Below, one piece after another: positions 28,106-37,655 of a DNA stretch of 41,008 nt. The translations under genes and the position numbers were made by a program. Origin of the DNA: Thermovirgaceae bacterium (GTDB lineage: Bacteria; Synergistota; Synergistia; Synergistales; Thermovirgaceae); contig JAXGNU010000013.1 of the NCBI GenBank assembly GCA_040767805.1, forward strand, positions 1 to 41,008. Reading direction: 5' to 3'. Within the stretch, counting starts at the first letter, position 1. Each line of letters begins with the position of its first letter. The notes under the pieces were generated by a model. The model searched no databases. It saw nothing but the letters and a program-made list of their open reading frames with translations, and had not been told where the DNA came from.

Positions 28106-28867
28106 ATGGTAACAGGGAAAAAATGGGCACCCGTAGCACAGGAAAGGCTTTTCGACTGGGAAAAAGCCCTCACGCTGCCGATCGAGGAATGCCGGGAGGA
28201 ACTGGTCCCCGCCAGCCTCGTACCGGATAAACTGCTGGTACACCCCATATATTTCCTCAACGGGATCGAAGGAGCCCTGCCCGAATGTTACGTCCGGAGA
28301 GGAGTGCTGACACTGCTTTTGGAAGCGGCCGGCCGGCTCCCGCCAGGGTTCAGGCTGGTGCTCCTTGATGGGTGGCGACCGGTACCATTGCAAACCGCCC
28401 TTTTCAACAAGTATCGCGAAGAACTCCGGGAGGCCATGCCATTCAAGAACGACGAGGAGTTGGGCTCCCTGGCGACCCGCTTCGTCGCTTCCCCTTCCAG
28501 CCACCCCGAACGCCCTTCGCCCCACTTGACGGGCGGCGCCGTCGATATAACCATAGTCGACGACAAGGGATTCTGCCTCTACATGGGCTCGAGTTTCGAC
28601 GAGACCACCGACAGGTCAGGGACGGCCTATTATGAAAAAAAGGCATCTTCGGGTGGAGCTATGCCGGGAAAGACCCTCGAGGCCCTGGATAACCGTCGAA
28701 TGCTTTTTGCCGTCATGACCGGAGCGGGGTTCACGAACTTCCCCGATGAATGGTGGCACTTCGACTATGGCAACCAGAACTGGGCTTTCATGAAGGGCAA
28801 AAAAAGCGCCTTTTACGGGATCGTTGAGCCCGGCTTCCGATGGAAACGGGATAACCCGAAAGGGTAG
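28106..28867 (+). CDS. D-alanyl-D-alanine dipeptidase (M15D, VanX/DdpX family)
   Basis: LLDGWRP...Q, SPHLTGGAVD (SxHxxGxAxD), MGSSFDE, EWWHFDYG; no signal peptide. Confidence 0.88.
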   Translation: MVTGKKWAPVAQERLFDWEKALTLPIEECREELVPASLVPDKLLVHPIYFLNGIEGALPECYVRRGVLTLLLEAAGRLPPGFRLVLLDGWRPVPLQTALFNKYREELREAMPFKNDEELGSLATRFVASPSSHPERPSPHLTGGAVDITIVDDKGFCLYMGSSFDETTDRSGTAYYEKKASSGGAMPGKTLEALDNRRMLFAVMTGAGFTNFPDEWWHFDYGNQNWAFMKGKKSAFYGIVEPGFRWKRDNPKG

Positions 28868-28896
28868 GCGAAGTGAAGCTTTCACTTCGCCTACCC
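28862..28896. terminator. Stem-loop overlapping the dipeptidase stop codon
   Basis: Perfect 16-bp inverted repeat gggtaggcgaagtgaa-gct-ttcacttcgcctaccc. Confidence 0.75.
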
Positions 28897-29001
28897 CTTA
28901 CCGCTGGAGGCGTGAGCGGCCTCCCTGGTGACCACCCGCCTATTGAGAGGGCCACTGACCTGAAAGCCTCCCACCGTCACCAGGGTTCGCTTCGAGATAT
29001 C

Positions 29002-29031
29002 TTGTCAAGAACAGTGTCCTATGAGTACTAT
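29002..29031 (+). promoter_or_regulatory. Putative sigma70 promoter for the MATE gene
   Basis: TTGTCA-18 nt-TACTAT; the -35 lies within the palindrome TCTTG-T-CAAGA. Confidence 0.45.
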
Positions 29032-29266
29032 ATCCCACGGCCTCGAAACGGTTTGGCACCGGGGGTCTTGGGGTAGGACCGCTGAAGGATGTTCCGATCC
29101 TTGACGGCTTTCCCCACGGATGTCCCCATGAAGAAGAGGTTAAGCACCCGCGCCTGGCCGGACCGATCGCCAAAAGATCCGAGCAGGAGAGGCGATCTCG
29201 ACAGGTCTGAGCCGTTTTTCGACCCCGCCTCAGTTTCCCGGAAGGGCACGCGCAGGGAGTGAGGAC

Positions 29267-30613
29267 TTGTCTTACGATACACGCACGGAAGTGATGGGGC
29301 GCGATCCCATCGGCAGCCTTCTCTTTCGCTTCTCCATGCCGGCGATCGTCGGATTGCTCTCCAACGCTTTGTACAACATAGTCGACCGGATGTTCATCGG
29401 GCGAATAGTGGGTTCCGGGGGTCTGGCGGCCGTTACCGTGGCATTCCCCTATTTCGGTCTTGCCATCACAGTGGGAATCCTGATAACCGTGGGTTCGTCA
29501 TCGATCGTCTCACGAAACCTGGGCTGTGGAGACCGTGACGGGGCGGAAGAGGTCCTGGCGAATGCTTTCTTGATGGCCCTCGCCGGGGGATTTTTGCTCC
29601 TGTGGGCGGGATTCTGCTGCGGGAACCCTATGCTCCGCCTTTTCGGCGCGAGCGACCGGGTCATTGACCCGGCCCTTGATTATCTACGGATAGTGGCATT
29701 GGGAATGCCCTTCCTGGTGATGACCTTCTCGATGAACGGCCTGATGAGAGCCGAAGGCGCCCCCCGCTGGGCCATGGGGACTATGCTGATCGGCACCCTG
29801 ACCAATATTTTCCTCGACTGGCTTTTCATCGCTGTCCTGGGGTGGGGAGTCAAGGGAGCCGCCTGGGGGACCACCCTGGCCCAGGCCGCGGCCCTGGGCT
29901 GGGTCATCCTTTTTTACCTGCGTCAAAGCGGCCTCAAGATCCGAAGGAACCTCATCCGTCCCAGGTTGAAGATCATACTGCCCGCCTTGGCCATCGGGAT
30001 ATCGCCGGGCCTGCTTGAAGTATCCTTTGTGACCCTCCTAGTGATCATAAACAGGATAATGGGCCGCCTAGGCGGGGACCTAGCCATCTCGGCTGTAGGG
30101 ATATTCTTCAGCCTCGACTCCCTCTTTTACCTCCCCGCCCTTGGGATCGGGGAAGGCGCCCAGCCACTGGTGGGGTTCAACTACGGGGCCGGGAAGATGA
30201 AGAGGGTGAAAGGCATCGTGAAACTGGCCATCCTGGCCGCAGCGGGGATCTTCACTTTATTCTGGGTGATCGTTCAGGCGTTCCCCGTCCTCCTGGTGAA
30301 CCTTTTTTCCAGGGGGGACGTGGAACTGGGAGCGATAGCCGCAAGGGGTTTACGGTTGGGTTACCTGTTGCTGCCCCTGATGTCTTTGTATATCGTTACG
30401 AGCTACACCTTCCAAGCCCTGGGGAGGGCCAGGGCTACCTTCGTCCTCCAGGTCCTGCGCCAGATCGTCTTCTGCTTCCCCATACTGCTTATCCTCCCCC
30501 ATTTCGTGGGCACCGACGGGGTCTGGTTAGCCTTCCCCCTGATGGACCTGAGCGGGTTTCTCCTAGCCCTCGCGATGTTAAGGTCGGAGATGAGGAAATG
30601 GGAGGCGCGCTGA
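29267..30613 (+). CDS. MATE-family efflux transporter (MepA-like)
   Basis: FSMPAIVGLL.NALYNIVDRMFIG, RAEGAP, NIFLD.LFI, QPLVGFNYGA. Confidence 0.92.
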   Translation: MSYDTRTEVMGRDPIGSLLFRFSMPAIVGLLSNALYNIVDRMFIGRIVGSGGLAAVTVAFPYFGLAITVGILITVGSSSIVSRNLGCGDRDGAEEVLANAFLMALAGGFLLLWAGFCCGNPMLRLFGASDRVIDPALDYLRIVALGMPFLVMTFSMNGLMRAEGAPRWAMGTMLIGTLTNIFLDWLFIAVLGWGVKGAAWGTTLAQAAALGWVILFYLRQSGLKIRRNLIRPRLKIILPALAIGISPGLLEVSFVTLLVIINRIMGRLGGDLAISAVGIFFSLDSLFYLPALGIGEGAQPLVGFNYGAGKMKRVKGIVKLAILAAAGIFTLFWVIVQAFPVLLVNLFSRGDVELGAIAARGLRLGYLLLPLMSLYIVTSYTFQALGRARATFVLQVLRQIVFCFPILLILPHFVGTDGVWLAFPLMDLSGFLLALAMLRSEMRKWEAR

Positions 30614-30661
30614 GAAGCAAAAACACCCGGTTGGGGGACACCTCGTAAAATCATGGTATAA

Positions 30662-30689
30662 GGGGACAGCCTGACGCCAGGCTGTCCCC
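30662..30689. terminator. Bidirectional terminator
   Basis: ggggacagcctg-acgc-caggctgtcccc between convergent genes. Confidence 0.78.
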
Positions 30690-30745
30690 CTATCCATAAC
30701 GCCTATTTGGGCTTTTCAAAAAAGAGGAGCCGACGGGCTTCGCAC

Positions 30746-31777
30746 TTACGGGAGCTTCTCCTTCTCCAGGGCCTTATCCACCTTCTCCGACACCTCTTCC
30801 AAGTCATCGATCCATGAATGCCAGAAGTCAATATTGTTCTTGAGGAACCAGAGGGCCGCCATCTGCGGGTCATTCCCGTGGGCCTCCATCCAGGCCAGGA
30901 CCTCGTTGGTCATTTCGAGGCTGAGGTGGAAATTTTCAAGGAGTGGGACGACCTCGACGTGTTCATGGACCCATTTCGCGTTGGCGGCCTTCTCAACGGA
31001 GAAGGATGGGTTCTGGCAAAGGCAGGTCTCGGTGAAGATTTTTTCATCGTAGTCGGGTTCCTTGAGGAGGATCATGTCCAATTCCCCCAGCAGTGGCGTC
31101 GGTTCCCAGTAGTAGGCGACGATGGGCTGGCCCCTGTCGTGGGCGCCCCTGATGGCGGCGTTAAGCGCGGTCTGGGAACCGGGGTCGAAAAGGTTGAAGT
31201 AATGCTCCAAGGGCTTGTCATCCACCCGGTACCCGGCAAATTTTTTTACATACCTCTCGCTGGCCGCCCAACCTGAGACGGCGTTATAGACCCTCCCCTT
31301 GCTCTTGTCCTCGGGGTCGGTGAAAAGGTGCTGGTACCTGGGCAGGTCGAAGATCGAAACGAGGTCCGGGGCGAGGGGTTCAATGCCCCTATCGGGGTCT
31401 CCCTTAACAAGGTAGGCAGGGATGTAAAGGCCCGTGGGGGAGTCGGGGAAGACTTTTCCGAAACCCAACACCTTCCCCGCACTCCGGGCGTTGTCCCACC
31501 ACTCCTGCCTTGCTTCGACCCACACCTCGAGGACGATATGGTTATCGCCCCGTTCGAGTCCTATCAAGGATGGCATGGTCTCGGAAAAATTGTAAACCGG
31601 CCTCAAACCGTAACCGTGTTCCAGGATATAGCCCATCACCCGGTGCAGGAATTGGATGCTGTCCCAGGACTGGTCACCGAAGACCACCTCCTTTCCCATC
31701 GCCGCGGCCGTCGTACTTCCTGTAACGGCCCCTATCATGACCACCGTCAGAACGAACAGAATGAACAGCCTTTTCAT
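30746..31777 (-). CDS. Glycine betaine/proline-type ABC transporter substrate-binding protein (ProX/OpuAC family)
   Basis: Signal peptide; SWDS, YILEHGYG, EVW, LFTDPEDKSKGR, GW, YYWEPT. Confidence 0.85.
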   Translation of the reverse strand: MKRLFILFVLTVVMIGAVTGSTTAAAMGKEVVFGDQSWDSIQFLHRVMGYILEHGYGLRPVYNFSETMPSLIGLERGDNHIVLEVWVEARQEWWDNARSAGKVLGFGKVFPDSPTGLYIPAYLVKGDPDRGIEPLAPDLVSIFDLPRYQHLFTDPEDKSKGRVYNAVSGWAASERYVKKFAGYRVDDKPLEHYFNLFDPGSQTALNAAIRGAHDRGQPIVAYYWEPTPLLGELDMILLKEPDYDEKIFTETCLCQNPSFSVEKAANAKWVHEHVEVVPLLENFHLSLEMTNEVLAWMEAHGNDPQMAALWFLKNNIDFWHSWIDDLEEVSEKVDKALEKEKLP

Positions 31778-32000
31778 CCAAGGTTCTCTCCTTTCAAACG
31801 AAGATAGAGGCTTCGAAAGGTTTCTCTCCCTATTTCGGGCGCATGAAAACAGAGGGTGGATTGAAAACAGGAATTCCGGTTATAGAGGCCTGCTTTTGAT
31901 TATACCCTTTTTGTAATAGACCTCACTGGACTGTACGACGTCGGAATGTCCGAGGTGAACAAAACCTGACGGGGAATGAAAGAAGGCCCTATTCGATGAC

Positions 32001-32025
32001 AAGGGGGGCTTTCGCCCCCCTTTCT
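32001..32025. terminator. Terminator after hcp
   Basis: aaggggggc-tttc-gcccccctt. Confidence 0.7.
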
Positions 32026-32042
32026 TAAGCCCCGAGGTATTA

Positions 32043-33686
32043 CTACTTCCCCGCCATCATCGCCGCGATATCGCCCTCGACGGTGCCTATGGGTTTGATG
32101 TTGAATTTATCCACCAGGACCTTTGCCACGTTGGGTGAGAGAAAGGCCGGCAATGTCGGGCCAAGCCTTATTCCCTGGACGCCCAGCGACAGCAGCGCCA
32201 ACAGGACGGCGACGGCTTTCTGCTCGTACCACGCTATATCGTAGGAGATGGGCAGTTCGTTTATATCGGCCAGCCCGAAGGCTTCCTTCAACTTCAGCGC
32301 TATGACCGCCAACGAGTAGGAGTCATTGCATTGACCGGCGTCGAGCACCCGGGGGATGCCGCCGATATCACCGAGGTCGAGCTTGTTGTAGCGGTACTTG
32401 GCGCAGCCGGCGGTCAGGATCACCGTGTCCTTGGGCAAATTTTTCGCCACCTCGGTGTAATAGTCCCTGGAGTTGAACCGCCCATCACATCCGGCCATTA
32501 GCACGAACCGTTTTATCGCCCCGGACTTGACGGCTTCGACGACCTTGTCCGCCAGGGCCATGACCTGGGCATGGGCGAAACCGCCCACGATCTTGCCCTT
32601 CTCTATCTCCTTCGGAGGGGAGCATTTCTTCGCCGCCTCGACCAGGCTCGAGAAGTCCTTTTTCCCACCCCTGGACCTCGCCGGGATGTGCCTGGCTCCG
32701 GGGTACCTGACCACACCGGTGGTGAAAAGCCTGTCGAGGTAAGTGTTTTCCTTTTTCACGGGGATCAGGCAGTTGGTCGTGAGCAGCACCGGGCCCTGGA
32801 AGGACTCGAACTCTTCGTTCTGATGCCACCAGGAGCCGCCGTAGTTGCCCACGAAATGGTCGTATTTCTTGAAGGCCGGGTAATAGTTGGCGGGGAGCAT
32901 TTCACCATGGGTGTATACATCCACACCTGTACCCTCTGTCTGTTCCAGGAGTTCCTCCATGTCTTTAAGGTCGTGACCCGAGATAAGTATGCCGGGGTTG
33001 TTCCTGACCCCAAGGTTTACCTCGGTCATCTCCGGGTTGCCGTAGGTGGAGGTGTTGGCTTCATCAAGGAGGGCCATGGTCTTGACGGCCGTCTCGCCGG
33101 CCTTCATGACCAGGTTGACCATTTCATCGACGGGAAGATCCTTCGTGGTTGAAGCGAGGCTTTCCATCAGTGAGCCGTAGACCTCGTCCTTTTCGAAGCC
33201 CAGGACCTCGGCGTGTTCGGCGTAGGCGGCTATCCCCTTGCACCCTATTATCAGGAGTTCCCGGAGGGACCGAACGTCCTCATTTCCGGCGGCGGTGATC
33301 CGGACCTCGTCGGACATCGCTTTGGTGACGATGTCCTCCCGGGTGGTCCCTTTCCAGGTGGCGCAATCGGGGAGAGGGCCTGCCGCGCCGCCTGCTCTTT
33401 CCGCCACGGCATCCCTGACCTTGAGACCTTCCCTGATCCACTCCATTATGGAAAGGTCATCCCAGGAAGCGTTCGTAATAGTGACGAAAAGGGCCTTCGT
33501 GATGAACCGGCCCGCCTCCCGGTCCACAATCCCCTTCTCTCTCAGGCTTTCACCATAGACGGAGATCCCCTTGCAAAGGTATATCAAGAGGTCCTGGAGC
33601 GCGGCGGTGCTTTCCGGTTTCCCACAGACCCCCCTAACCGTGCAACCCTGGTTCTTCGCTGTCTCCTGGCATTGAAAACAGAACAT
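32043..33686 (-). CDS. hcp: Hybrid cluster protein (hydroxylamine reductase)
   Basis: [61 protein letters not shown]. Confidence 0.97.
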   Translation of the reverse strand: MFCFQCQETAKNQGCTVRGVCGKPESTAALQDLLIYLCKGISVYGESLREKGIVDREAGRFITKALFVTITNASWDDLSIMEWIREGLKVRDAVAERAGGAAGPLPDCATWKGTTREDIVTKAMSDEVRITAAGNEDVRSLRELLIIGCKGIAAYAEHAEVLGFEKDEVYGSLMESLASTTKDLPVDEMVNLVMKAGETAVKTMALLDEANTSTYGNPEMTEVNLGVRNNPGILISGHDLKDMEELLEQTEGTGVDVYTHGEMLPANYYPAFKKYDHFVGNYGGSWWHQNEEFESFQGPVLLTTNCLIPVKKENTYLDRLFTTGVVRYPGARHIPARSRGGKKDFSSLVEAAKKCSPPKEIEKGKIVGGFAHAQVMALADKVVEAVKSGAIKRFVLMAGCDGRFNSRDYYTEVAKNLPKDTVILTAGCAKYRYNKLDLGDIGGIPRVLDAGQCNDSYSLAVIALKLKEAFGLADINELPISYDIAWYEQKAVAVLLALLSLGVQGIRLGPTLPAFLSPNVAKVLVDKFNIKPIGTVEGDIAAMMAGK

Positions 33687-33932
33687 CCTTGGAACCCTCC
33701 CTTAAGACTCTTGGTTTTATACTGTGACCCGGTACCTATATTACCCTAAAGTCGGCCGCAAGGGGGACCTTTTCGAGGATGACCATGGCCTTTCAGGCCC
33801 TCAAACATAAACACCACGAATTTATTCACATCGTTAACACCAGTAATGCGCACTCTGTGCATGGAGACCGGCAGGACGAGCCCACCGGGATGTCCTCGGA
33901 AGACCCTGCGGGTGAGGTCCAGAGTATGGAGC

Positions 33933-33978
33933 AAAAAAGAGGCAGCCCGAACCGTCTTGTCCAGGGCTGCCCTTTTTC
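33933..33978 (-). terminator. Terminator after tmRNA
   Basis: ggcagccc/gggctgcc stem flanked by A and T runs. Confidence 0.7.
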
Positions 33979-33981
33979 ACT

Positions 33982-34330
33982 TGGTGGAGGCGCGGGGAAT
34001 CGAACCCCGGTCCGACAGGGGCCGACTGCGGGTTTCTCCGTGCGCAGTCCCCGTTTTGATGTCGGTTCGGGACTCCCGGAGACGGGATCCCCTCACCCTA
34101 GCCCTCTGAGGCTTGACCCCGCGCGCGAGAGCGTTACGCGGGGAGCAGTCGCCATAAGTGACGTCCGCAGGGGATCCTGGCGACGAAAACCCCAAGGGAC
34201 GTGGACGCTATTTAAGCGGCCAGTGCGTAATTATCGTTGGCGATTATTGTTTACGCCGTGTTTTGCGAGTCCCGGCAACTCGGCACGCTGCCCGTAGCCC
34301 TCCATCCTGCCGTCGAAACCTGTCGCCCCC
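33982..34330 (-). ncRNA. ssrA: tmRNA; tag peptide (A)ANDNYALAA at 34241-34212
   Basis: 5' GGGGGCGACAGGTTTCGAC, 3' GGTTCGATTCCCCGCGCCTCCACCA, internal gcc aac gat aat tac gca ctg gcc gct taa; directly downstream of smpB. Confidence 0.96.
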
Positions 34331-34341
34331 ATATTTAATTG

Positions 34342-34809
34342 TCAAACTTCACGATGCCGCCTTTCCTTGACGGCCTTTTCCATATCCCTCCGGGCATCCC
34401 TCTCGGCGATCGTTTCCCGCTTGTCGGAACCCGTCTTTCCCTTAACCAGCGCCAGTTCCACCTTGGCCCAGCGGTTCTGCTTGAGGTAAATCGTCAAGGG
34501 CACCAATGTCAGGCCCTTTTCCCTCGTCCTGGAGCCAAGGCGCCTTATCTCGCAGGAGTTCAATAAGAGTTTGCGCGGCCGAAGGGGTTCGTGATTATAG
34601 TAGGTCCCCTGCTCAAAAGGAGAAATATGGACGTTGTAGAGCCAAATTTCGGAATCCCGGACCTTCGCGTACCCGTCCTTCAGATTGATCTTCCCGGCCC
34701 TGACTGATTTTATCTCCGTCCCAGTGAGCACCATCCCGGCCTCGACGGTCTCGATAATAAAATAGTCATGACGGGCCTTGCGATTTCTCGCTACGACCGT
34801 ACTATCCAT
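34342..34809 (-). CDS. smpB: SsrA-binding protein
   Basis: NRKARHDY, EAGMVLTGTEIKSVR, RKLLL, GLTLVPL, KGK..DKR. Confidence 0.97.
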   Translation of the reverse strand: MDSTVVARNRKARHDYFIIETVEAGMVLTGTEIKSVRAGKINLKDGYAKVRDSEIWLYNVHISPFEQGTYYNHEPLRPRKLLLNSCEIRRLGSRTREKGLTLVPLTIYLKQNRWAKVELALVKGKTGSDKRETIAERDARRDMEKAVKERRHREV

Positions 34810-34829
34810 TTCTCCCCCTCGCGACTGTA

Positions 34830-34858
34830 ATTATAAGGATGCCACGGACAATAGTCAA
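34830..34858 (-). promoter_or_regulatory. Sigma70 promoter of smpB-ssrA
   Basis: TTGACT-17 nt-TATAAT. Confidence 0.8.
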
Positions 34859-34940
34859 CTTTCGTCAGACTTCTTCGGGCTTCAATAGCCCCCCATGAAA
34901 AAAAGGGACCTCAAAAGAGCGGGGTCCCGTTTACCTCTTC

Positions 34941-35018
<78 letters not shown>

Positions 35019-35028
35019 GACGTCGGGC

Positions 35029-35058
35029 ATTGTAGCATTATTTTCTAAGGCCCGTCAA
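35029..35058 (-). promoter_or_regulatory. Sigma70 promoter of tRNA-Pro
   Basis: TTGACG-18 nt-TACAAT with TG extension. Confidence 0.75.
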
Positions 35059-35089
35059 CGAGCGGGGTCTTAGGGATGTACCCGGTAAA

Positions 35090-35119
35090 TTGATACTCCT
35101 TGCACAAACATGGTATCAT
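35090..35119 (+). promoter_or_regulatory. Sigma70 promoter of the AOR operon
   Basis: TTGATA-18 nt-TATCAT with TG extension. Confidence 0.6.
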
Positions 35120-35215
35120 CGATATCGAAATCGGTTTTGCGTACAATGGTGAACCGCCCGTCCTATGACGGGGCGTTGAAACAGTTCATCCAATTCTTCT
35201 AGGGGGGATCGCAAG

Positions 35216-37384
35216 ATGGAGAAAATGAAAGTCCTCGCCGAATGGACCTACGTCCCGGCGAAACCCTTCAGGGGATACACCAACAAGACCCTGAAGGTCA
35301 ACGTGGGAGACAAGACATTCCAGTCAAAGGACGTCTCCGAGGAAATGAAGGAGAAATTCACCGGGGGAAGGGGCTTCGGCCTGAAACTTCTCTGGGATTC
35401 CGTGAAGGACACCACCCGGTGGAACGACCCGGAAAACGAGATAGTCATCTCGGGGGGTCCTCTCTGCGGGGTCACCCAGTACCCGGGGATGGGAAAGTTT
35501 TACGCCGTTTTTGTTTCCCCGCTGACGGATCAGACCTACGACAGCAACGCGGGGGGGCACTTCGGCCCTCTTCTTAAGTTCGCGGGTTTCGACGCCATCG
35601 AGGTGCAGGGTAAGGCCGAAAAGGACGTCATCGTACTGGTCGACGCCGACGAGAAGAAGGTCCAGATCCTCGAGTCTCCCTTCGAGGACGTTAACGCTTA
35701 CACGGTGACCGAGGCTCTCCACGAATACTTCGGAAAGCCGGGGGACATCAACGATCGCCGTTTCATATCCGTGGTCACGGCCGGGAAGGGAGCCGAGACT
35801 TCCTACTGGGGCTGCCTTAATAGCAGCTTCTGGGACAGCCACCGCAAACTGCCCCGGCTGAAACAGGCTGGCCGCGGCGGGGGCGGGACCGTCCTCCGCG
35901 ATAAAAAGATAGCCGCCCTCGTGGTCAAGACCCACGACATGACCGGCACCGCCAACAACCCGGCCGACCTGGACACCCTGACCAGGCTGGGCGCGAAACT
36001 CCACAAGGAGATCATCACCCTTGACGCCCAACAGTGCCGAATGCGCACGGCGGGGACATCACACCTCAACGAGATAATGAACGAGTACCACCTTCTCCCC
36101 ACAATGAACTACAAATTCGGGCAGCACCCCGACGCGGACAAGATCCATTCGACGGTATATGAAAAGATGTTCACCCAGGGCATCGCCGACGGCTGCTGGT
36201 ACGGCTGCACCATGGCCTGCGCAAAAGCCGTCGACGGCTTTACCCTAAAGACTGGCCCGTGGAAAGGAAAGAAGATCACCGTCGACGGCCCTGAATACGA
36301 AACCGCCGCCGGCATGGGCTCCAACGTGGGGATCTTTGACCCGGAATGGACCACCGAGGTCAACTTCTACGCGGACCACTACGGCCTCGACACCATATCC
36401 CTGGGAACGGGCATCGCTTTCGTCTGCGAATGCTACGAACTGGGGCTCATCAACAAGGAACACACCAACGGCCTCGACCTTAGCTTCGGCAACAAGGCCG
36501 ACATAATGGAACTGCTCCACCGCCTCGGCGAGGGCAAGGACGAGTTCGCCCTCATGGTGGGCAAGGGCATCCACAGGATGAAGGGCCTCTTCGCCGATCA
36601 CTTCGGCGCCGACCGCGATGTCATGGAAAGGATCGGCATGGAAGGCCAGGGGATCGAGGTCTCGGAGTACGTGCCTAAGGAATCCATCGCCCAGTGGGGC
36701 GGCTACTTCCTGACCCTGAAGGGCCCCCAGCACGACGAGGCGTGGCTGATATTCATGGACAGGGTGAACAAGCAGTTGCCGACCTTCGAGGACAAGGCCG
36801 AAGCCCTGCACTATTTCCCCAACTTCAGGACGTGGTTCTCCCTGACCGGAGTTTGCAAGCTGCCCTGGAACGATATCGAACCCGCCGACAACGCCACCAG
36901 CTACCCTCCCCAGGAGGCCGCGAAAGTACCCGAACACGTCCAGAACTACGTCGAGGTTTTCAACGCCGTGACGGGGAAGAATATTGACAAGGAGGAGCTT
37001 GTCCTCCAGTCCGAGCGTGTTTACAACTTCCAGAGGGTGTTCCAGCTCAGGCTCGGTAAGGGTACGAGGAAATACCACACCATTCCCGACAGGGCCCTGG
37101 GGCCGGTCTGGGCCGACGAGTGGGAGGCCAGGGAAGAGTACTACGACAACGAACTGAAAGCGTCAGGCATCGATCCCGCCGGCCTCTCCTCCCAGGAGAA
37201 GTGCGACCGGCTGCTTGAGAAACGCCGTGAACAATGGGAAGAACTGGTGGATGCCGTATACAAGCGGCGCGGTTGGGACAAAAACGGTATCCCTACGGTC
37301 AAGAAACTGAAGGAACTAGGGATGGACCTGCCGGAAGTAATTGCGACGGTCGAGAAATACGCGAAACCGGAGGACCAGTGGTAA
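35216..37384 (+). CDS. Tungsten-dependent aldehyde:ferredoxin oxidoreductase family protein
   Basis: GGRGFG, SPLT...DSNAGG, AGRGGGG, CWYGCTMAC ([4Fe-4S]), GPEYET, DHYGLDTIS, RGWDKNGIP. Confidence 0.92.
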   Translation: MEKMKVLAEWTYVPAKPFRGYTNKTLKVNVGDKTFQSKDVSEEMKEKFTGGRGFGLKLLWDSVKDTTRWNDPENEIVISGGPLCGVTQYPGMGKFYAVFVSPLTDQTYDSNAGGHFGPLLKFAGFDAIEVQGKAEKDVIVLVDADEKKVQILESPFEDVNAYTVTEALHEYFGKPGDINDRRFISVVTAGKGAETSYWGCLNSSFWDSHRKLPRLKQAGRGGGGTVLRDKKIAALVVKTHDMTGTANNPADLDTLTRLGAKLHKEIITLDAQQCRMRTAGTSHLNEIMNEYHLLPTMNYKFGQHPDADKIHSTVYEKMFTQGIADGCWYGCTMACAKAVDGFTLKTGPWKGKKITVDGPEYETAAGMGSNVGIFDPEWTTEVNFYADHYGLDTISLGTGIAFVCECYELGLINKEHTNGLDLSFGNKADIMELLHRLGEGKDEFALMVGKGIHRMKGLFADHFGADRDVMERIGMEGQGIEVSEYVPKESIAQWGGYFLTLKGPQHDEAWLIFMDRVNKQLPTFEDKAEALHYFPNFRTWFSLTGVCKLPWNDIEPADNATSYPPQEAAKVPEHVQNYVEVFNAVTGKNIDKEELVLQSERVYNFQRVFQLRLGKGTRKYHTIPDRALGPVWADEWEAREEYYDNELKASGIDPAGLSSQEKCDRLLEKRREQWEELVDAVYKRRGWDKNGIPTVKKLKELGMDLPEVIATVEKYAKPEDQW

Positions 37385-37394
37385 GCCCCGCGTC

Positions 37395-37592
37395 ATGATC
37401 GTCGTCAACGGTGAACCTATGGAATGGGAAGAAGGGATGACCGTCAGGGATGTTATCGACGGGAAGAGGTACGTTTTCCCCCTCCTAGCGGTTTGGGTTG
37501 ACCATGTTCCCGTTCCGAGGGACAGGTTTGACGAAACCACCATACCCGATGGTTCCAACGTCCAGATCATTCATATGATCAGCGGAGGGTGA
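37395..37592 (+). CDS. ThiS/MoaD-family sulfur carrier protein
   Basis: MIVVNGE N-terminus, 65 aa, C-terminal ISGG; directly after AOR. Confidence 0.9.
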   Translation: MIVVNGEPMEWEEGMTVRDVIDGKRYVFPLLAVWVDHVPVPRDRFDETTIPDGSNVQIIHMISGG

Positions 37593-37598
37593 AGCGAC

Positions 37599-37634
37599 GA
37601 AAAGGGGCAGGCCGAAAAGCCTGCCCCTTTTTTT
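37599..37634 (+). terminator. Intrinsic (probably bidirectional) terminator
   Basis: aaaggggcaggc-cgaaaa-gcctgcccc followed by a T run. Confidence 0.82.
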
Positions 37635-37655
37635 ACACCGGGCGGAATCAGCTTG

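Noticed and set aside
26725..28260. 511-aa minus-strand ORF, and similar long antisense ORFs at 11535, 13301, 36245 and 38855
   Set aside because: Antisense shadows of GC-rich genes with no recognisable motifs.
29130..29200. Resemblance to twister ribozyme, T-box or M-box
   Set aside because: Only isolated words match (TAA, GCCGG, GGAG, GCTGAA); the required pairings and T-box heptamer are missing.
31785..31840. Moco or glycine riboswitch in the binding-protein leader
   Set aside because: The 3' words GCCTC...GAAAGGAG and GGAGAGA...GAAG are present, but the 5' conserved elements and stems are not.
33700..33860. HcpR/Crp-type site upstream of hcp
   Set aside because: Only half-sites (TGTGA, TTCACA) are present; there is no convincing TGTGA-N6-TCACA palindrome.
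33779..34566. Plus-strand ORFs over ssrA/smpB, and a possible island integrated at ssrA or the tRNAs
   Set aside because: The ORFs are shadows; I saw no integrase or duplicated tRNA/tmRNA 3' end in the window.
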